A stretch of DNA of 64,000 bases from Mytilus trossulus (GCF_036588685.1 NC_086382.1:36580001-36644000), one strand, 5' to 3'; shown: positions 12,101 to 26,400, numbered from the stretch's first letter. Notes: generated from the sequence alone by a model not told the origin. A program made the numbers and translations.

Positions 12101-14391
12101 AGTTTTTATGTCTGGGATCTGTTGTTTCAATCTGAAAAACAAAACTTCTTATATCAATTTTTACATTCAAAATGACTGATTAATCAATCGATTAATTAAT
12201 GCATTGATGAATTAATTTATTGGTTAATAAATGATCGATTTATTATTTGTTTTGCTTATGTACTTTGTCTTTTTATGCCATTTTGTGTTTCTTTGTTGAA
12301 ATATTTCTTTGATTTTATTACAATGCTGACATTTTTATCTTGTGTTTGATTCACACATTTTTGTCAAATTATTTGAAGTCTCTGCTACTGTGATACAAGT
12401 GAGATGGTTAGCTAGCTACAAAACCAGGTTTAATCCACCATTTTCTATATGAGAAACATGTACCAAGTAAGGAATATGAGAGTTGTTTCCATTCGTTAAA
12501 TGTGTTTGAGCTTTTGATTTGCAATTGCATATAAGACTTTTCATTTTTAATTTCCCTTGAAATTCAGTATTTTTTTTATTTTACTTTTCTTTCAGTCATT
12601 TTATTCTAATAAATATAACATGTATACTAAAAGCAATCTTAATATTTGTACATGTTATAAACAAACCTGCTTTTCTTTGTTAATATATTATATTCCATAA
12701 ATTTATATTTCCTATGTTGTTCATCCAGCCTTACTAAAACATTTTCAGCCGATTCATTTTCTTCTCTCTTCATAAAACTATCAACATCTTCCTGCAAATA
12801 TAATTAAAGCACTAATCAAGCCAATGGAAATAATGATATGCATAGATATGTAAGGTACATGTATCAAGTATATTTAAACGTTCAAACCTGCTGCATTTGT
12901 TTGCACCTGTCCTACATGTACATGCATATGTAAGTCAGGAATCTGATATTCAGTTGTTGACATTTGTTGATGTGGTTCATAAACATTTTCTTTTTTTTAT
13001 ATATAGATTAGACCTTTGGTTTGTATGGTTTACACTAGTAACTTTTTTTTGGGCCCTTTATAGCTTGCTGTTTAGTGTGAGCCAAGGATCCAGGTCAGTA
13101 AGAATAAACTGATAAATTAATGAATTTAAAGCTGATGTACATATACATGTTGTACCATAACATAGAGGACATTGTGTAAAATTTACTGTCACACTGAAAT
13201 GTTATATTCATGCAATTCCTATCAAACTTTATCATGAACAGAAAAGTTAACATTGAAAATTGGGAATTAATTCACAGGGTCTCAAATTTAAATGTTAGTC
13301 ATGAACTATGTGTACTGATACTAAAGTAGCTACATACATGTATAAATATAGACAGCATTTATCTATCAAACGGACTATAGCAGAAAACTAAAACATTGAA
13401 ATTGCATATTATTCTGTCATAACCTTAAGGGGCAGGGCCTTGACCTCTTGTTAATCTGATGTGAAGTGGTAGTAATGCAACTTTTAAACAAGAATGTGTC
13501 CAAAGTACATGGATGCCCCATGCCCACTATCATTTTGCATGTTCAATGGACCGTGAAATTTGGTAAAAAATCTAATTTGGCATTAAAATTAAAAAAATCA
13601 TACCATAGGGGACATGTATAATAAGTTTCAAGTTGATTAGACTTCATCTTCATCAAAAACTACCTTGACCAAAAACTTTTACCTGAAGCAGGACGAAAAG
13701 ACGAACGAACAGACCAGAAAACATAATGTCCCTCTACTATCGTAGGTAGCGAAAGTAGGATATAAAAAGTATAACATTGATAAATCACAAGAAATTTCTA
13801 TAAAACAGACTTCAACAGAATTTCTTTTCAATTGTTGATGTCGCCAACAACTGCCTCGCCGTCTGTGATTTTCGTATCAATCACTATCAGACAAGACAAA
13901 AATCACACATACATACTTGACCAGGCACAAGACACCACTCAACCATATGAATGAAAGGAGTATTGCAATCCAAGCAAAAGCATTAGGTCAATTGATCACT
14001 GCTGCATATTAGTGATACATTTTTTTAATACATTCATATCAATCATGTCAATTTCCACAAGCGTAATACATGCAAAAACCTATTAGTAAAAATGAAATAA
14101 CCTGAACAAAATATCAAAAAATATATAACAGAGATACTTAAATTAATGAATTCGTGATTTATTACAACTGTATCATGACACAACACGTGGGTATAAGTTT
14201 TTGTTTGGTCATGAATGTATGTCTATGGGGATATATAAACAATAACAAATAACTTTTTCAACTGAAAGGATAATAATGTGTTGTGTGTGTTGAATAAAGC
14301 ATCATACTACAAATTCTGCTAAAGGAATGCTCGAATTCGCCTTTAATTCTGATTTATCTGCAGATTCTGATTTGGAATCACCCGTAGCCAT
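9161..14391 (-). CDS. VBP1: Prefoldin subunit 3 / VHL-binding protein 1, exons 1-4 (125 aa; remaining exons not found in window)
   Basis: Exons 14391-14308 (MATGDSKSESADKSELKANSSIPLAEFV), 12791-12667 (EDVDSFMKREENESAENVLVRLDEQHRKYKFMEYNILTKKSR), 12131-12065 (LKQQIPDIKTSLDIVKHLQSRK), 9259-9161 (ESTDPMETQFLLSDQVYAKAKIPPTNKVCLWLG). Phases are consistent and the peptide is recognisable as PFDN3. Intron 3 has a GC donor. Confidence 0.95.
9357..11920 (+). mobile_element. Composite of non-autonomous Helentron/HINE-like elements with an internal ~150-bp tandem array (~10360-10990)
   Basis: The start motif (GCAGCTTTATAC..CGCAGAGGTTGAACCCTGAAC) recurs at ~11090. Repeated CCAACCTTCCTTTTGTGGTCATAAACC units and short TGCACAAT/GTGCAATTG repeats; no ORFs. 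The family assignment is inference. Confidence 0.6.
13487..13768 (+). mobile_element. Short HINE/Helentron-like dispersed repeat (other copies at 40508-40793 on + and 28345-29345 on -)
   Basis: Shared AACAAGAATGTGTCC..GGATGCCCC start, internal (GAAC/GAC)n microsatellite and 3' hairpin CCCTCTACTATCGTAGG. Confidence 0.65.
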
Positions 14392-14486
14392 GATGCTTGC
14401 TGAAAATAACGTGTATTCGGAAGTCTTCTCGGCCTTGTGTATCAATACACCGAAAACAACCGATAGATACGAGAGGAATTATAAAT
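14392..14486. promoter_or_regulatory. Compact bidirectional promoter between VBP1 (-) and CUL5 (+)
   Basis: 95 bp between divergent ATGs. Locally CpG-richer, with an ETS-like TCGGAAGT and a YY1-like AAATATGGCG over the CUL5 start. Confidence 0.75.
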
Positions 14487-17400
14487 ATGGCGATGTTGAG
14501 GGTAATGACTGAAAAATATCCTTCTTTGTTTATATACAGATGTGACAAATATAGAATCTTCCAAAACAGTTTTCGATAATGTCCAGTCCTTATGTCACAT
14601 AATTATGTGGACAACAATATGTACCCTTCAAAATCGAGACAGTTCAGATCATGTTTTAAAATATTTATGTTGAGTGTTGTGCAATTTTTATTTTTTTAAA
14701 TATCATGTATATTCTCTACGCCAATTTAACATGAAACATAATGGTTTAGTGAGTTCATATTTAATAAGTCACAGCTTGTAAATATAACATCTTTAATGTT
14801 CCATCAAAACTTAATTATAATATTTACCCATGTTTCACAATGGCAATGCGCTCACCTTGTTAGGGATTGTATCTACACACCTTAATTTATCACTATTCCC
14901 CACTGACCCGAAAATCTGCCCACTTGAAATATTAACGTCATACAGAAATCAATTTTCCTTTGCGTATGCAGTGTTAGATATTTTGTATTATGACGTCAAA
15001 TTTTAAGGGAACCTGTGTGATGTGTAGTACATGTAGTAATGGTAGACAAGTAGGGATAAGGTGTATTGTTAAAACTCGTTGTAAAAGGCTTGTATTATCA
15101 TCATTATATTCCTATGTTCTTTACTCGTATATATTAAAAATCTGTTGTTTATAAATATCAACCAGTATAGCATCATCCCTCAAAATTGAAAAAAGATTAT
15201 GTACAATGTCATCGGTTATGAATTCAATTAAATTTTCCTCCTTATCATGCTTATAAAAAGATCTGACTTTCGAAAATTGTGAACTTTCCTGTAAATTTTC
15301 TATGTTTCTATGTCACAGTAAGAACTGATTTCCTTGATTACATCGTTTACGTAATTTGACCTTGTGTCAACTGGGGTAATTCATTCAAAAATTAAAAAAA
15401 AACCTCAAGATTGGTGTTCACCAAGTCACTTCAGTATATTTATATTTGGTTTGCTTTATCATGTGAGAAGGAATTATGTTATGCTTTTGACAATCATATG
15501 TTTTCATCTTGCTGTTGCAGGTACATGTATATTTAGTGTTTCATTCCCTACTTCATTTGTACATCATCTTGGAACAGATAATTCATATGTTGCATAAAAA
15601 AATAAATTTAGAGTACAGTTATGCAATGACTCATAATTTTGCCATTGACATGATGAAATTTTGAAATTGACAAAGCCTAACTCATTTTTTCTGGTATACA
15701 TGCATGCATGTATATTTGATTTCAACTTCCATGACTTCATTTAGAAAACTTATCATCTTTTTTTGTCATTAATGATGATTTCTACACTCATCTTGTTATA
15801 GTTTATATAATTAATTACTTTGAGTCAAATGATCTTGATATACCTTTGGACTCATCTGTTTTTAAACTGCTGAGTCCAGTCTAAATGGGTCAAGGACTCA
15901 TGGACTTGTCTTGGTGGTACAATGTTACCATGACCCCAATTTGTTTCTGTGTAAAAAAATGTATATGATTAGGAATTATAATTAACTAACTGTCAGAGTT
16001 GCTTTAAATATATATTTACTGAGAAGTGGAACTAGGACTAATTTATAGAGAATGAACTTGGGCAAGTTATTGACTTTCATTTCTGTGGACTCTGTTATTA
16101 TTTGTTATGTACCAGTTTTCATGGATTTTGTGTTTATAGGTGATGTAGTTAACTATGAATTTAAATGTTATTCAAAGAACACATTTTCAATACTAAGTCT
16201 TGAATGCAGAATTTGGCAAACCACAAAATCAAATATCCTCAACTTCATAATTGTTCAATCCACACAAAAATGTATGAATCAAAAGTATATATCAATAAAT
16301 ATCTGTTCTCAAATAGTATTGGTTCTTATGTTAATACATATACATTTACCATATATACACATAATGCAAACATTGATTTTCATTTTTTTTAGCAAGGACA
16401 GTCTCAGTTTGAGGACCGATGGCCCTCCATGAGACCGACTGCCTTAAAATTACTCAGACAAGAACCTGTTACCAAAGCAGAATGGCAGGATCTGTTCTGG
16501 TAGGTTTCCCACTTAGTATTATATCATAATTAGTAAAAAATATTGTTAACAGTTATACTGCATTGTACAAATGTATATTGGTTATACTTTGTTTAAAAAG
16601 AGACATATGTTAGATCTCAACATCCAAATAACACCTGACTTAAACAGAGACTTTGTTCATTGTTGAAGGCTTTAGGGTGACCTATAGTTGTTAACTTCTG
16701 TGTCATTTGGTCTCATTTGAAGAGTTGTCTCATTGGCATTCATACCACATCTTCTATTTTATATGTTTGATAATGAACAAATGTATACATGATATAAGTA
16801 ACTCTAAATCATTGCTAAGTGTTGAATTGATTTTTGAAGGCCACTGTACAGCTAAAAAAACAAGCAATATTTATATCTTATGATTATGTTGTCAAAATTT
16901 CTTACATAAAATTTTCCACTGTACTGATTCCTTTTAACAATTTTACAAAAGATGTACTGCTAGTTTAAACAATATTATACTATACAGTCTTTAAAACAGT
17001 TTTATGCTTAACACTATTTTGCTTTTTATAGTGCAGTACATTCAGTATGCCTTTGGGATGACAAAGGTCCACAGAAGATGTATCAAGCTTTACAAGATGA
17101 TATACTAGAATTCATACAGCATGCACAATCAGTAAGTTCGGATTTTTTTTTATAAAGTTTGCAATTGTAGTTAACCTTAAGTATATTAGGTGAATTTTTT
17201 TGTGATTGATGTTAGCTGTTGTTTTGTAATTAAGGTCTCACTTTTCATAAAATTTTAGTCAATACTCAAAGAACAACGTTTGTTCTCAAACATCGCATTC
17301 AGTATTTTGTTTTGTTGAAGTCTGATCCACACCTATATATTATTGAGAAAATTTATCTCATGAGCTCTTATAATCCTTTTCCAACAAACTTTGCATATAT

Positions 17401-20400
17401 AAATTGTAAAATACTGGCCAAGGTGGCCATGTTGAAAACCAGTGACGATAAAAGTCATACAAATAAATATTAATTTACTTTATGGTACATGTATATGTCA
17501 TTAAATCTGGATGATAATTTCAGAGGGTATTAAAAAACCAAGAAGATTCAGCATTACTGAAAGCATACATAGCAGAATGGGGTAAATTCTTCACACAGTG
17601 TGACTATCTACCTAAACCATTCATGCAGCTTGTTACCTCATTATCCGGTAAACCACATGGTAGTGTACCAAAGAAAACTCCAGGAGAGGAGAGTTTAGTT
17701 AGAAAGGTAAATTATTGCCATAAAAAAATTGACATTTTTAAAGGTTTACAACGGCAACTGTCATTTAGAATGTAATTGATGACTGAAGAAAGAAACAAAT
17801 ATTATGAAAAGTGTTGATTGTTGAATGATTTGAAATTTTCTAAATTTTCTATTCTTTAAAGTGTACTGTAGTTCAGAAATTTTGCAAGGATTTTATTGAT
17901 ATAAATAATGTAACAAGGTGAGTATTTATAAGAACTTGCATCCTGAATTGTTTTAACACATACATTTATAATATATACAGCTTTTCCTGTAATTTTTTAT
18001 CCCCCTGCCATAGCAGAGGGGACATGAAGGTTTACCCTTGTACGTAAAGTATGTACAATTTACAACCTTACGTTATGTCCCTTTATAACGTTATATGCAA
18101 GCAGGGGCAACATTTGTGTCCTATGGACACATTCCCCATTTTATTTTTCTTCAAAAGTTGTAATAATTTATTTTTCTTTACAGTTGATGTTAGATAGCTG
18201 GAATCAAAATATATTTTCTAATATCAAACAGAGGCTACAGGATAGTGCAATGAAATTATTACATGCTGAGAGAAATGGAGAGGCTTTCGATTCTCAACTT
18301 GTTATAGGTGTAAGAGAGTCTTATGGTAGGTCACTATTTCAGGGGTCGAAATTAGCGCTAGTCCGGTAATCCGGGACTAGTTAAATTTGCGTCGAACAAG
18401 TAGATTTTGTCAGCTGGTGGGGTGGTCCGGCGGACCAGTAGAAAATTGACGATAAAAATCACTGATTGCATCGCAATTCCGTTTGTTAACAAAAAAAATT
18501 CCCTGTGAAATCAATTACACGGTACTGGGGGGTATTACAATTGATCAAGTTAATTAATATCTCGGGTGAGCGTCCTTCACAACAATATAAAATGTGGAAA
18601 TTTTTGGAAGGAGTTAAACCGCCGGACAAAAGAATTAAGATTACTGAAAATCAATAGGAAGATCGAAATAAAGTATACGAAAGTATCAAAAGGAAACGCA
18701 AATACCAAAAATCATGGAAAAAGATCGTGAATGGTTGCATTATATAGTAGATCGGAATTTAATGAACTGTACTATATGTGAAAAATTTGCAGTGACAGAC
18801 CTAGATAGGAAATGTATTTTCTTATCTGGATCGTCAAATTTCAGATTGTGGACGTGGAAGACAATGTTGATATTTTTTTCTGTCCTTGATCCTGATTTTG
18901 ATAAGAAAATCATTGAGATTACCAAAGCCTTTATCAAAATCAGAATAAAGACTATTCCTTTGGTACTGTCTAACTTATGTAAACGAAAGCATCAAAATAA
19001 AATTAAACATCTGTCATTTATAGTGTTTGTCAAATTAATGTCATTTTTGCAGGACCAGTAGATTTGGAGCCGGACCAGTAGAGTTTTCAGTCCACTGGTC
19101 TGGCAGGCCAATACACTAAAAAGCTTTAATTCGACCCCTGTATTTACTTGTGTACTTCTATGGAGTTATATAAGTACGTTGGAATTTGGTTTTCTAACCA
19201 TTCGCATGCCACTCAAGTTTTGTCTTTTAGGCCTAAAATAAAATATTGTCTGTTTCCTCAATTCCGACCAACCCTGCAAAAACAGTGCTACTCATAAAAT
19301 TTTATTGTCAAATCTAAGTCAAATATTATTTTATTCATTTCCAATTACCTGGCTTGTCAGATTGTACGATATTGTTCACGCTTTTTGGTAAAATAAAATT
19401 ATTTCTCTACCTACCTACCCACACCTGGCTTGGCAGATCGGGTTTGGGGAAACAAACAATATATTAATTTAGGCCTTATATTGTCGAATTGTTGTATAAC
19501 AGTTTACTTATGGAATAAAACATGTAAAAGGAGTTTTAGGTTAAATGCCAGTGACAACAATAGTCAACGCTATAAAACCGCAAATTAATACGCCTGTCAA
19601 ATTGTAATTGAGGTTTTTTTTGTGAAGGTAAACAGTCTTATGTTTCATGAAATTCATAAAGTATTATTTTCAATTCACAATTGATATGCATTGAAAGTAA
19701 GATTTATAAACATAAGGATATTTGATACCCTTTTGGAAGGCAGATGTTCCCAGCTGAAATAAATGTATGATTCGAAATAAGTATTTTTAGTATTAATTTA
19801 TTTAAATTTGATAAATGGTTTAAACATAAGCATTGCCTCAAAAACTTAAATGATGTGTCATAGCATACAGTTGTGTTAGCATCTTGATTAATGTGTGAAT
19901 GGTCAATATTTCACTATTAAAATACATAATTTGTTATATTTTTTCAGTAAATTTGAGTTCAGATGTAGAAGATAAATTGAAGATTTACAGAGAGAATTTT
20001 GAGAAAGCCTACTTAGAAGCAACAGAAAAGTTTTACAAATTAAAAGCTCCACAGTACTTAGAAGCTAATGGTGTACAGAATTATATGAGATATGCAGACT
20101 CCAAACTGAAAGAAGAGGAGGCCAGAGCTAGGAGGTACCTGGAGACAGGATGGGGATGTAACTCAGTTGCTACAGTAAGTATAAAAAGAAAGAATAAAAT
20201 CACAAAAATACTGAACTCCAAAGTAAATTCAGAAAGTCCCGTATCAAATGGCAAAATTAAAGGATAAAACACATCAAACGAATGGACAACAACCGTCATA
20301 TTTCTGACTTGGTACAGGCATTTTCAAATGTAGAAAATGGTGGATTAAACCTGTTTTTAAGCGCTAAACCTCCCACTTGTACGACAGTCTCATCAAATTT

Positions 20401-23400
20401 ATTAATATTGATAATGATGCTTGAACAAAACAAAGAGACACAATAGGTAAAAATGTCAAAAATAATGGTAAAAAGTCTAATTCAGTAGGTCACTTTCATA
20501 TAAGGGGGAGTTGGTTCCATGGATTATTTCCTTTCATCGGTATCAGTTTTTGTTGGATTGAGGAAAAGTGTCTTTTTCCTTGATATTTGTTTCCATGATT
20601 TAGCCAAAGTCTGCGTACAACCAACTTTACAGAAAATTTGTAATTTGGAGAACATTTAAATTTGTGGTTTGCTTGTACCCACAAAATCCATCAAAATTTG
20701 TATCCAATGAATAAAAACAAATTCGCATTATAATTGATAAGACAGCAAGCCTACAACAGAATACAGAAAAAAATACACCAAAGCGTTTTCAGTGCAGCCA
20801 GCAAAACAAAAAATTACCATGATTACAAACAACAAATTTATACAAAAACATGCATGCAAGACAATTATTTTACAAACCATTCATCAGGTTTATTGGAATT
20901 TAAGAAAAGAATGCACATATGTATACTTAATATTGTTATTTTACAGTTAACAGAATGTTGTGTTACTGTACTAGTGACTGCATTTAAAGAAACCATATTA
21001 AAAGAATGTGCTCAAATGATCAAAAGTAATGAAACTGAAAGTAAGTACTCTGTGATATAGTTAAAAAAAACTTGCAATTTGTTGGAAGACGCAGTGGTTA
21101 AGTAAGTCACTGGCTTGTCAATATTAAATTTTTGATTTGGAGCTCTTAATCAATGAAAGAAGAATAGTACTTTCAAGAAGCATACAAAAGTATATAACAC
21201 AGTATAATACAATGTTAGAGCTAATTTCCTAATTCATGTAAATAAAGACTTGGTTGGCTTGCTTGCATTTGTATAAATGTTTAGTTAAATATTGTAATGC
21301 TAACAATATAACTAGGCAAAGTTAAACCTGTATTCATCTAATTTAGATTTGAGTGGACATGTTCAAATGCATTTGTAAACAAATTCAACGTTTATATAAT
21401 CTTTATTGCAAAATTACACCCATAAGGGTCAAGCAATATAAACAAACAATTATACATTTTAAATACAATGCAATACAATGAAATACAATGAAATACAATA
21501 CAATATAAATGTAATATAATAGAACATATTTTAAGAGTTCAAATTATAAATTGATGAATAAAACACAATCATGAGCTTGTCAGTTTTAAAGACTGCTTAA
21601 TGAAGACTCCAAAGGGACAAACAACTTCAGGGATGGGGTTTAGAATGTGTTTTAGTGCATCAAGATGTTAAAATAATGGTACATAGTCTTTTAGATAAGC
21701 AAAAAAAATAGAACACGATGATATGTTAATGTTGCAATACTACAAGAATTGAAATTCATCATCTAGGGCTCCACATTTTTTACATAATCTTTGTGCTCTT
21801 GGAATGTTTCTGTACCTTCCCAATTCAATGCCTAAGGAATGATCACTAAGTCTTAATCCAGGAGATTGATATCATTACAGTTTATTCTATAAAAGTACAT
21901 GAGTGTTTTGAGTTTTTATATAAGAGTCCAAAGTAAATCTACCTAATTCTGATCTAGCACCTATGTTAGAGGATGTCTTCTACAGTCCTAATACTGTTTT
22001 ACAAAATTTAGAATGAACCTTCTCAAAAGGATATCGCATGCATTAGGAAATTAGCTCTAATAACATTACAAAGTCAAGTATAAAAAAAAACACGAAAGAC
22101 CACCTAAATGAAGACCAGCTGTTTATATATTTGCAATATAAACATTTATCATGTTTATTGTTATTCATCTGTAGAGGCAAGCATGCCCTGTATTTAGAGG
22201 TTAAATATCAATTGAAATTGACTTATGAATAGGAGTGACCTTGAAAGAAAATATAATATAAACTACTAAGGATTATATTAAGTATCATTGCAATCTCATG
22301 AATAAAAGAGACTTGGATTGGTCATAAAAAATCTAAGGTCAGACAGTATTTCTACTGCTTTAAAAAGGTACTGAAAATCAGAAATTATTGTGAATAATGC
22401 GTCTTTGTGAGTATTGCAATAATTTTATAACAGCAAACTTTGCTGAGATCACTGTTCATCCATTGAACATAGGAATGAATCCAATTAAATAAGAATAGAA
22501 TCAAAACTTTCAATAATAAGTTTCTAAAATTTTCTATGTGTTATTTAACCTCTTAAAATCTGCTAACACACCACAGTGACCTCTATCTGCACATTCACTT
22601 CTCATGAGAACTCTTGCATAACATTGGTATATAAAAATATGGAATTTACAATCTGAAATTGCAAAAACAAATGCACACAATAGGTTCTAAATTTATAGAA
22701 ACTCATTTATAACAATGCACATGTTAAAAGGGTTTATCTGGCATGTAAACCTGAACCCATTTACATTCAATAAATTTGATAAAAATATCTTTGAATCTGA
22801 TTAAAAGATGATTATTTGTATATTTCAGGATTACGTCTTATGTTCAGTCTAATGGACAGGGTGCCAGATGGTATAACTCAGATGCTTGTAGATTTAGAAC
22901 ATTACATTTTCAATCAAGGGTTAGCAGATATGATGGCTGCAGCAGAGTCCATTACAACAGTAAGTGGGTTTTACATGACAGTAAATATCAACTTCGTTTC
23001 AATGTTAATATCAACATTGTATGTCAAATTTTATTGTCCAATCAAATCCCAATATATATTAAACAGACTGAAACTCCGCCTATCTATTGTATGCAAACAT
23101 AGCAAGCAAATCAATCAAATTTTTTCCCAGGCTTTTATACACCATCTGTAATACTTATGAAATATTTGCTACTAGATGTTAAAGCAAGCATGCAACAATC
23201 CATTACTCAATCTATGAAAAGTCCTGCTTGTTTTGTATTTTTATGACACCTATCCTGCCTCTTTTTCAGGATTCAGAGAAATATGTAGAACAATTATTAG
23301 AATTATTTAACAGATTTAGTACTCTAGTCAAAGATGCTTTTATGGATGATCCAAGATTCCTTACATCTAGAGATAAAGTAAGTTTGTATAACTATTGTTT

Positions 23401-26400
23401 CAGGTAAGGATGAAGATCGGTACCTACTAAAACTTTTAAACATGCTGCATTTGTTTGCACCTATCCTAAGTCAGGAATCTCATGTTGAGTAGTTGTCATA
23501 TGATGATGCAGTTCATAAGTGTTTCTTGGTTTTTTATATAGATTAGACAGTTTCTTTTTGCATTTGAATGGTTTTACACTAGTCATTTTTGGGGCCCATT
23601 ATAGCTTGCTGTTCAGGGTGAGCCAATGCTCCATGTTGAAGACTGTACTTTGACCTATAATGGTTTACTTTTACAAATTGTGACTTAGATGGAGAGTTGT
23701 CTCATTGGCACTCATACCAAATCTTTACATATTATAAATAATGCTTATATATTTGGAAATAATATTATATGTATTAAATCCTGATAACTTACATACACTC
23801 GTCATAGATACTTGTGTACCAGGATTTAAATTTCATACATCGGATAGTTGTTTTGTCATTAAAAGACTCGGCAGTGTCACTTCAATCAAAAAAGGTAAAA
23901 AAGCTAAATAAAGTACAAATTAAAAAGCATTTAGGAAAGTATTCTGAAATATTTTGTAAAATAAAACTGAGGTAATCTATTCCTAGAGGAGAAAATGTAC
24001 ATAATTTGAATCTAACAATACATGTACATTGTAGATACATATTAAAAACTCAAACTAAAAATTGATTTTCAATTTGAAAGTTCAGATCTCAGTAACAGAA
24101 AGATTGGCGTAGGCTCCAATTTGGAGAAGCTTCTCTTACCATGACCTGTAAATAATGTATAAAATACCCAACCCACTCTGATAGGCAAAGTGCTTTAGTG
24201 AGAGGGACACAAAATCTTAAAATTGATCCAATCAAAATTCAATGTTTGGACCTTTCATACTAAGGTGTGGACCTTCCACTGATATAAAGGTCTATGACTT
24301 TTCTGTGAAAATTTGAACTTAACCCCTGACAAACTTTAAATTCCAAGTATTTCTTCTTTCATTATAAATTGTCTAAACACCTTAAAACTAATGTATTAAT
24401 AAGGCCTTTACTTTTAGACTTTCAGATGTATGTTAATCATCAATGTCAAATTTTTTTTCAGGCTTACAAGTCAGTTGTGAATGACACATCAGTATTCCGT
24501 CTAGAAATTCCTATGAAAAATAAAGGGTGAGTCAGAAAATTGAAAAAGAAGCCAGTCCTATTACTTTAAAGCTGAAATAGTGTTTAGGAAAAATCAAAAC
24601 AGATAAAATATCGGATATGAAAATAAAACTGTGTTATGGTGCTTAAATATTCAGTCTAGCACATATATTGTAATTTTGTTTAATCATTTCACATCATAAG
24701 AAAAATATTTAATTAGAGCATGGTCAGGCAATGAATACCACTCTAGATTCCTTGTTTGTAAAGATTGTTTATCATTAAAATGCCTCACAACAACAGGTCT
24801 TATAAATGCAAATAAAGTTGCAAAACATATTTTATTTTAAATGGATATCTTTTCCTTCACTGAATTAAAACTAATAATCATATTTTAAAAATGTTTTTAT
24901 ATTGATTTTAAACTTAATATTAGAAACAACAGTACAGTATAAAAAGTGAATGAAAAATATGTAACTTGAGGTTAACATATGATTTCCAAAAGCACAAACT
25001 ATAGGGCATGCTTAAGAGTTTTAATATTTTGATATTACGTTTCAATAATGGTGCCAAAACAGCAGTACAGAAAAGGAGTTAATAAAAAAAAAAACACAAT
25101 TTGAGGTTAGCATATGTTTTCCAAAAGCTGGAACTATATGGCATGCTTTTTTTTATAAAATTTGATATTATGTTTCAGTATTGGTGCCAAAACACAGCCT
25201 GAGTCAAAGTGTCCTGAACTGTTAGCTAACTACTGTGATATGTTGTTACGTAAAACACCATTAAGTAAGAAACTCACGTCAGAGGAAGTGGAAACTAAAT
25301 TAAAAGATGTGGTAAGTTTATTGCGCTTAAGTCTGAAATGTTTTTTTTAGAATCTTGCGAGCAGCTGAGTAGTCCTCTATATTTTATCATTATCTACTGT
25401 GTGTCAGTGCTCTAAAAGTAATAATTAAAAACTCTGCTGACAATGCACTCTTTGCCTTTTACTTTGTTAGGTCTGTTCCTTCAATATTCAATAGAAATTC
25501 TTGGTCTAAATAATCTTTGTTTGTATACTTGTTCATTTTTCTTCTATTTTTTATATATTTCATCTAAAAAAAAGTAAAATCACAAAAATACTGAACTAAA
25601 AGGAAAATCAATTCCAAAAGTCCATAATCAAATGGCAAAATCAAATAAAAAAACGCATCAAAAACGAATGGACAAGAACTGTCCTATTCCTGACTTGGTA
25701 CGGCATTTTCAAATGTAGAAAATGGTGGATTAAACCTGGTTTTATAGCGCTAACCCTCTCACTTTGATGATAGTCTCATCAAATTCTGTTATATTTACAA
25801 TGATGTGTTAACTAAACAGACACAACACATAAAATAGTCAAAATATGGATACAGCAGTCATCATTGTGTAACAATTTTAAAAAGGAACAATTTAACAAAA
25901 CACAAAAACATCTATCTACAAACACATTCATTGATTTGCGTGCCTGACGTCAGAAAATTTTATATGTCACATATAGAAATGATAGAATATCTAAATATTG
26001 GAAGGTCATTGGCATTGAATCTTAAAACTAATCAAGTTTCTTTATAAAAAAAATATTAGATTAGTTTTCACATTTGATAATTGATTTTTCAGTTACTTGT
26101 GTTAAAGTATGTACAGAATAAAGATGTTTTTATGAGATATCACAAAGCACATCTAACACGACGATTGATATTAGACACATCAGCAGATAATGAGAAAGAA
26201 GAAAATATGGTGGAATGGTTAAGGGTAAGTAACACTACAGCTTATATGGATTATTGGCTATTCAAATCATCCCTGTCCTCTCAGGTTAAAAACAAGAATT
26301 GTAGAAAATTGTTTAGAATTTATAAGTAAAAGTTCCTCTCATATCACCATGTGTTAATTTCTGGAACAGCCTATTAGACAATCATTGGATAGAATTGGGC

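Noticed and set aside
14327-14579. Plus-strand ORFs 14327..14512 and 14397..14579
   Set aside because: They are antisense shadows of VBP1 exon 1 and read-through of the 15-nt CUL5 exon 1 into its intron.
18714-19061. 115-aa ORF as a host gene
   Set aside because: It lies inside the TIR-bounded element and is a frameshifted transposase remnant.
23840-23885. Hammerhead-ribozyme-like motif of a Penelope terminal repeat on the minus strand
   Set aside because: The core is degenerate (CUGCCGA instead of CUGAUGA, ACAAAA instead of ACGAAA); at most a dead relic.
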